This document shows positions 59,604 through 64,000 of a stretch of DNA of 64,000 bases, piece after piece. The stretch spans positions 918-64,917 of the forward strand of contig JBIHZX010000003.1 in the NCBI GenBank assembly GCA_044240195.1, in the 5' to 3' direction. Position 1 is the stretch's first letter, and the number at the start of each line of letters is the position of its first letter. Under the pieces are notes generated by a model, which made no database searches, was not told the DNA's origin, and saw only the letters and a list, made by a program, of their open reading frames with translations. A program made the position numbers and the translations under genes. The stretch is from Candidatus Nanopelagicales bacterium (lineage in GTDB: Bacteria > Actinomycetota > Actinomycetes > S36-B12).

Positions 59604-61730
59604 ATGTCGAGTGTCTTAGATGACGAGCAAGAATTCACAGACACCGCCTATTCACTTCTCTCCTCCCAGCGGGAACACTTAACTACCCGCATGAAAAACC
59701 TCGCCCTTGCCGCCTCAACGGGAACGGGGCAAGATGATCTTGAGCGTGAGGCGCATGCAGACAATTTGCGCTCGCAACTACGTTCGGTTGAAGCAGCGAG
59801 AGACCGTCTCTACTTCGGGAGAATCAACAGCGATACCCAGGAGACCCATCGAATCGGTCGAATTGGCCTACGCACCGAATCTGGGGACATGGCCTTGATT
59901 GACTGGCGCGCTCCTAATGCCGCACCGTTCTACCAGGCAACAACCGCACATCGAATGAACACCGTATTGCGTCGCCGGATTTCCATCAAATCCATCGATG
60001 GGAAACAGGTTGTCACTCATGTAGACGACGAAGTGCTCACCGAGCCTGGCGAAGGCAGCTACCAAGCAGCAAAAGATGCGGTCACCGCTCCGCGCGACGG
60101 CCGAATGGCGGACATACTTGCCACTATTGCGACGGATCAAGACGTGATTATTCGTAGCCCACTCAACCAAATTACGGTAGTTCAAGGCGGACCAGGGACG
60201 GGGAAAACGGTTGTTGCTCTGCACCGTGCCGCTTGGTTGCTCTACACCTACCGCGAACGACTGGCAAGGGATGCCATTCTGATTGTGGGACCTAGTACCG
60301 CATTTTTGAGGTACATCGATCAAGTGCTCCCAAGTCTGGGTGAAACTGACATTGTCTTATTGACTCCCGGACAACTTTTCCCAGGAATTAATGCCACGCT
60401 AGATGAATCATTTGAAGTTTCGGAGGTTAAGGGCCAAGCAAAAATGGCACAGGTATTGATCAACGCCGTCTCGCATTGGTCAAATATCCCCGATTCGCAA
60501 ATCAACATAACGACTGATGGTGGAACCAAGCTCCACATTACGAGAAGTCAGATTCGCGATTGCGTGAAATCGCTGCCTAAGCGGGGTACCTACCATGTGA
60601 ATCGAGAGATTTTTCTCAAACGCGCCCTCGAATACCTGGCCCGAAATTTGGCCAACGACCAGGGGCACGAGCAACTTGACTACGAAACAAGGAGCGAACT
60701 GCTCGCTGACTTTATCGACGATCGAAATGTACGCCGAGTTTTGAATCTCATGTGGATGCCAACTACTCCACAAAAGGTGCTTACGAAATTATTTGCTGAC
60801 CGTGATTTCCTTCGACAGGCTTCCCAGGACATTCTTTCAGCTCAAGACCAAGGTTTGCTCTTCCGTGAAGCTGGAAGTACATGGACTGTCGACGATGTTG
60901 CACTTCTAGATGAATGCGCTGAACTTCTTGGTGATTGGGTGCGCTCAGTTCCGGCGCCCCGTGAATCACGTTCTGACTACATGGAACTGGACGCCGGTGA
61001 AATGCGTTACGGGAATCGCGATGCCCGATCCGCGCGAACATCAACCGTCGCAGAGCGCGCCTATCTTGATCGCGAGTGGATTTATGGGCATATCGTCGTT
61101 GACGAAGCACAGGAGTTAAGCGAAATGGCTTGGCGAGCAATCCAACGCCGAGCTGTAAGAAAATCAATGACGATTGTGGGTGACCTTCAACAATCGTCAC
61201 ATCCTGCAGGTGCTCGTGACTGGAATGATGCTTTGGATTGGGCTGGTGAAAAGTTGGCGTTGTTTAGTCTCAATGTCACCTACCGCATTACAGAAGAGAC
61301 TGTACAAACCGCAATCGAACAGTTACTCAAAGCGGGGGGAACCGCACCCGAATTGGTCTCAATTCGTAATGGATTGCCCACCATCAACGTCAGCCTCGGG
61401 GAAAGCAACATTTTGGCATTCCTGACAAAAACTATGGAAGGTCACGCTGGACGCGCCTGCGTTATTTTGCCGGACGCGCTCTTATCTCGTTGGCAAGAAA
61501 AATATGATGACAAGTCAGCCGATATCGGTTTCGGACCCGCAGCGATTGACTTTCGCATTGCAGTATTGAGTGCAAGGGAAACCAAAGGATTAGAATTCGA
61601 CTTCGTTTTTGTCGTTAACCCAGAGCAGATTGGTCTTCAGGGTGTACGTGGTTCCGATATTTTTGTCGCGTGTACTCGAGCAACTCATCAGCTCTATTTA
61701 CTTGAAGTCGAATCGGATAATCCGTCGTGA
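59604..61730 (+). CDS. helD: HelD-like RNA polymerase-associated SF1 ATPase (actinobacterial class, HelR-like)
   Basis: 708 aa. The N-terminal region (RLYFGRI..RIGRIGL..LIDWRAPNAAPFYQAT) and Walker A region (VVQGGPGTGKTVVALHRAAWLLYTYR..VGPS.AFL.YI..VLPSLGE) closely resemble mycobacterial HelD as I remember it. A GGGAGGG RBS lies upstream. Confidence 0.82.
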   Translation: MSSVLDDEQEFTDTAYSLLSSQREHLTTRMKNLALAASTGTGQDDLEREAHADNLRSQLRSVEAARDRLYFGRINSDTQETHRIGRIGLRTESGDMALIDWRAPNAAPFYQATTAHRMNTVLRRRISIKSIDGKQVVTHVDDEVLTEPGEGSYQAAKDAVTAPRDGRMADILATIATDQDVIIRSPLNQITVVQGGPGTGKTVVALHRAAWLLYTYRERLARDAILIVGPSTAFLRYIDQVLPSLGETDIVLLTPGQLFPGINATLDESFEVSEVKGQAKMAQVLINAVSHWSNIPDSQINITTDGGTKLHITRSQIRDCVKSLPKRGTYHVNREIFLKRALEYLARNLANDQGHEQLDYETRSELLADFIDDRNVRRVLNLMWMPTTPQKVLTKLFADRDFLRQASQDILSAQDQGLLFREAGSTWTVDDVALLDECAELLGDWVRSVPAPRESRSDYMELDAGEMRYGNRDARSARTSTVAERAYLDREWIYGHIVVDEAQELSEMAWRAIQRRAVRKSMTIVGDLQQSSHPAGARDWNDALDWAGEKLALFSLNVTYRITEETVQTAIEQLLKAGGTAPELVSIRNGLPTINVSLGESNILAFLTKTMEGHAGRACVILPDALLSRWQEKYDDKSADIGFGPAAIDFRIAVLSARETKGLEFDFVFVVNPEQIGLQGVRGSDIFVACTRATHQLYLLEVESDNPS

Positions 61731-61799
61731 TTGAGTTTTGATAACAATGAAGGAATAACACTGGAAGAACAGTTCCCTGGAAAAGAAGTGCCCAAGAAA

Positions 61800-62363
61800 T
61801 TATGCTTTGGTACTTGGATTTTCTTCCATTGCGAATGTCATGTCGACCTTAGGCAACAGCGGTGCCCAATCAAAGACCACTTCAGTTCCCAACACTATGT
61901 CTTGCAACGACTTACTCTTGGTGCTGAAAATTGCCCACAGCAGGCCCGGTGCAAATACGACCGAAAGCGCTGATCGAAGTGCTGCCAACCAAAATCCAAG
62001 GTTTTCACCGTTTCTCGTTTGCACGCGCAACCCCATCAATATATTTCCTAGTGAGCGACCACCGACTGACCAACTCCAGGTCCAATAAAGCCACATAAGC
62101 AGATAACCGATGATCAATAATGGGACTCCCAATAAGGTTGGCAAGACATAGAAGACACTCATGATGTAACGAAGCGCTTCCCAACCTCCCCATGCACCTA
62201 AAACAAGTATCGCGACAAGTGCGATATCGATAAATGCAGCAATCAATCGACTGGTAAACCCCGCGCACAATCCTTGAATAGCGCGCGCCCGTTCCGGCAA
62301 CGAACTAAAGTGAACTTGCGAACCTGGGACGAACGTTTTGTTGAACTGACTAAATGTCGCCAT
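61800..62363 (-). CDS. RDD-family membrane protein
   Basis: ORF 61800..62531. From the ATG at 62363 (MATFSQFNK...) it has 3 TM segments and an RDD-like topology (AGFTSRLIAAFIDIALV..., LGLRVQTRNGENLGFWLAALR). The longer N-terminus is C/W-rich and overlaps the upstream gene. Confidence 0.7.
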   Translation of the reverse strand: MATFSQFNKTFVPGSQVHFSSLPERARAIQGLCAGFTSRLIAAFIDIALVAILVLGAWGGWEALRYIMSVFYVLPTLLGVPLLIIGYLLMWLYWTWSWSVGGRSLGNILMGLRVQTRNGENLGFWLAALRSALSVVFAPGLLWAIFSTKSKSLQDIVLGTEVVFDWAPLLPKVDMTFAMEENPSTKA

Positions 62364-62916
62364 GTTCCACCGACACTTCTCGAGAAATAGTTTGCATTTC
62401 CTTACGGAAAAGGATCCGATCCACAATGTGACTGACAAAGTTGTCGGTTTGAATCGCTTGAAAACGCAAGGTTCCCAGCAACCCGTCGGCGACGCCGCCT
62501 GTACTTTCACGCACCAAACTCGGCAAATCAATTTCCTCGATTACGTAGTCGGCAATCTCCGCCATGGGTACGCGATCCAGGATCGGCGCGAGGTCTGCTT
62601 GTGCAACGATTTCATTCACATCAACATGTTCTTTAACAATCTCATTGATGTCGATTCGAGAGACAATCGCATTAACTGCAACCGGTACTACCGTGTCGAG
62701 AACTGATTTTGCTATCGCCCTCGTGGACTCCGTAACCAAATAAATTGAGGTTTCTGCAGCGAAACGTGCCAGTCCTAATGCTCCTGACCCAACTGAAGTC
62801 GCGGTGGAAACCACAGAGCCGAGGGCACTCGCATCAATCGGAGCATCGAGTGAGATCTCAATCCAAGACTCTCCCTCATCCAGTTCGTCACTCACAGGTA
62901 CATCATGTCCTACCAA
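62350..62916 (-). CDS. acidic hypothetical protein with tandem ~10-aa (I/V)D(I/V/L)xxI(V/L) repeats
   Basis: 188 aa with the repeat run RIDINEIVKEH-VDVNEIVAQA-DLAPILDRV-PMAEIADYVIEE-IDLPSLV. It overlaps the RDD gene start by 14 bp. The start is uncertain: TTG at 62916 or GTG at 62895. Confidence 0.55.
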   Translation of the reverse strand: MVGHDVPVSDELDEGESWIEISLDAPIDASALGSVVSTATSVGSGALGLARFAAETSIYLVTESTRAIAKSVLDTVVPVAVNAIVSRIDINEIVKEHVDVNEIVAQADLAPILDRVPMAEIADYVIEEIDLPSLVRESTGGVADGLLGTLRFQAIQTDNFVSHIVDRILFRKEMQTISREVSVEHGDI

Positions 62917-62929
62917 CTATGCTGCCGGA

Positions 62930-64000
62930 ATGGGCATCCTTAAATCTTGGGCGATTGGCATTCTCGCAATTGTTACCGGGCTGGCTCTTTTCCTCACCGC
63001 AATGACTATCTCGAACAATATGGAGTCATCAGTGACGCAAAGTGACCTGGAGCCGTTCTACACCCCACCTATTCCCCTAGAGGGAAAACCGGGTGACCTG
63101 CTTCGGGTTGAGCCCCTCGAAATCGAAGTTGACGGCGCCGATGCCCTGCGAATCCTTTACTTGACCGAACTCGACAATGGCGATCTGGCTGCTGCCAGCG
63201 GGACGGCATTCATCCCAACATCATCAAGTCCGCAGGTGCCTCGACCAGTAATTGCCTGGACCCATGGAACCGTGGGTGAAGGCGAAGCGTGCGCGCCCTC
63301 GCGCTCGGCCGATCCCACATCCCAATTAACCCAATTTCTACCCAGCATGATCCAGCTTGGTTGGGCCCTCGTTGCCACGGACTACACCGGCCTGGGCACC
63401 CCAGGAGTACAGGCGTACCTGCTCAAAGACCAAGAAGTTCGCGACACAGTGAACAGTGTTCGCGCTCTCCAACAGATCCCTAATTCAGGCGTTGGTGCCC
63501 GCTATGCGGTGTTCGGTCACTCACAGGGTGGGCACACGGCTTTATGGACCGGACACCTGAGTGAAGAGTTCGCGCCTGAACTTGACCTACTCGCGGTAGC
63601 AGCCGCAGCACCAGCAGCTGAGTTAACGCAAATAATGAGTAAGCAGTGGAACACTTTGATTGGTTGGGTAATCGGTGCCGAGGTAATGCGTTCTTGGCCG
63701 CTGCATTATCCGGATCTTCCCGTAAATGAGATTTTAACCACTCCCGCCCAGAAGAATTACGACCGATTAGCCCAGGAATGCATCAAGGATGCCGCCATCG
63801 AAGCAGAAGTTCGGATGAATGCATTCAACGAGAACTTCTTTTCTTCGAACCCCCTTGATAATGCGGCTTGGAGTTCAGCTTTAGCTGATCAAACCCCGCC
63901 ACCACTCCCCGCCGAGATGCCGCTCCTGCTCATCCAAGGTACTGCGGATGAAGTTGTTCTTCCACAACCAAACGCCTATCTGCAAAAGACATGGTGTGAA
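62930..64000 (+). CDS. secretory lipase (LIP-family alpha/beta hydrolase), 3' end beyond the window
   Basis: The frame stays open from the ATG at 62930 to the window end, so it is not in the ORF track. It has an N-terminal TM/signal segment (WAIGILAIVTGLALFL), a nucleophile elbow GHSQGG, and a C-terminal LLLIQGTADEVV...C region, as in LIP-family lipases. Confidence 0.75.
   Translation, partial: MGILKSWAIGILAIVTGLALFLTAMTISNNMESSVTQSDLEPFYTPPIPLEGKPGDLLRVEPLEIEVDGADALRILYLTELDNGDLAAASGTAFIPTSSSPQVPRPVIAWTHGTVGEGEACAPSRSADPTSQLTQFLPSMIQLGWALVATDYTGLGTPGVQAYLLKDQEVRDTVNSVRALQQIPNSGVGARYAVFGHSQGGHTALWTGHLSEEFAPELDLLAVAAAAPAAELTQIMSKQWNTLIGWVIGAEVMRSWPLHYPDLPVNEILTTPAQKNYDRLAQECIKDAAIEAEVRMNAFNENFFSSNPLDNAAWSSALADQTPPPLPAEMPLLLIQGTADEVVLPQPNAYLQKTWCE

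Noticed and set aside
61731-61799. The convergent helD/RDD spacer, checked for a bidirectional terminator.
   Set aside because: It contains only 3-4 bp complementary segments (around the repeated CTGGAA) and no convincing stem or T-run.
1-64000. A whole-window check for tRNA, rRNA or tmRNA genes, CRISPR arrays, transposases, integrases, phage genes, toxin-antitoxin pairs and known defence-system genes.
   Set aside because: None were seen. The largest non-coding gaps are about 200 bp and contain no tRNA-like GGTTCGAATCC-type arms or direct-repeat arrays. Every long ORF is accounted for by a housekeeping or conserved hypothetical gene.

Overview
The window reads as a tightly packed, mostly co-directional core-chromosome segment of an actinobacterium. 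All calls come from reading the six-frame track and the DNA by eye; no searches were run and GC content was not computed. From memory, the gene order matches the M. tuberculosis blocks Rv1379-1384, Rv1609-1614 and Rv2145c-2166c, and the S. coelicolor SCO2034-2092 region. Short spacers and many 1-, 4- and 8-bp start/stop overlaps suggest a streamlined genome.

On the minus strand, from high to low coordinates, the genes are:
- the dcw cell-wall and division cluster: mraZ-rsmH-ftsL-ftsI-murE-murF-mraY-murD-ftsW-murG-murC-ftsQ-ftsZ-pgeF-yggS-sepF-yggT
- a DksA-like gene, then lspA-rluD-dnaE
- a long his-trp string: hisDCBH-priA/hisA-hisF-hisI-trpE ... trpCBA-dsbA-lgt
- gltBD, pyk, and pyrR-pyrB-pyrC-(membrane protein)-carA-carB

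Plus-strand genes are ileS, a Lon-N-domain protein, ybaK, a DUF3048 lipoprotein, a HelD-like ATPase and a partial secretory lipase. I saw no tRNA or rRNA genes, CRISPR arrays, transposases or integrases, or recognisable defence genes, so I cannot point to a clear novel multi-gene system.

The less ordinary observations are:
1. An EntD/Sfp-type phosphopantetheinyl transferase fused to a DUF3293 domain.
2. A two-component system plus three small membrane proteins, translationally coupled inside the trpE-trpC interval.
3. A DksA/TraR zinc-finger protein with an N-terminal lysine-rich histone-like repeat tail.
4. No divIVA at its canonical position after yggT.
5. A nested inverted-repeat element and a small transmembrane ORF in the mraZ-rsmH spacer.
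6. Candidate cis-elements: a PyrR loop over the pyrR ribosome-binding site (RBS), phased G-rich boxes over a mraZ promoter, and leaderless-type -10 boxes.
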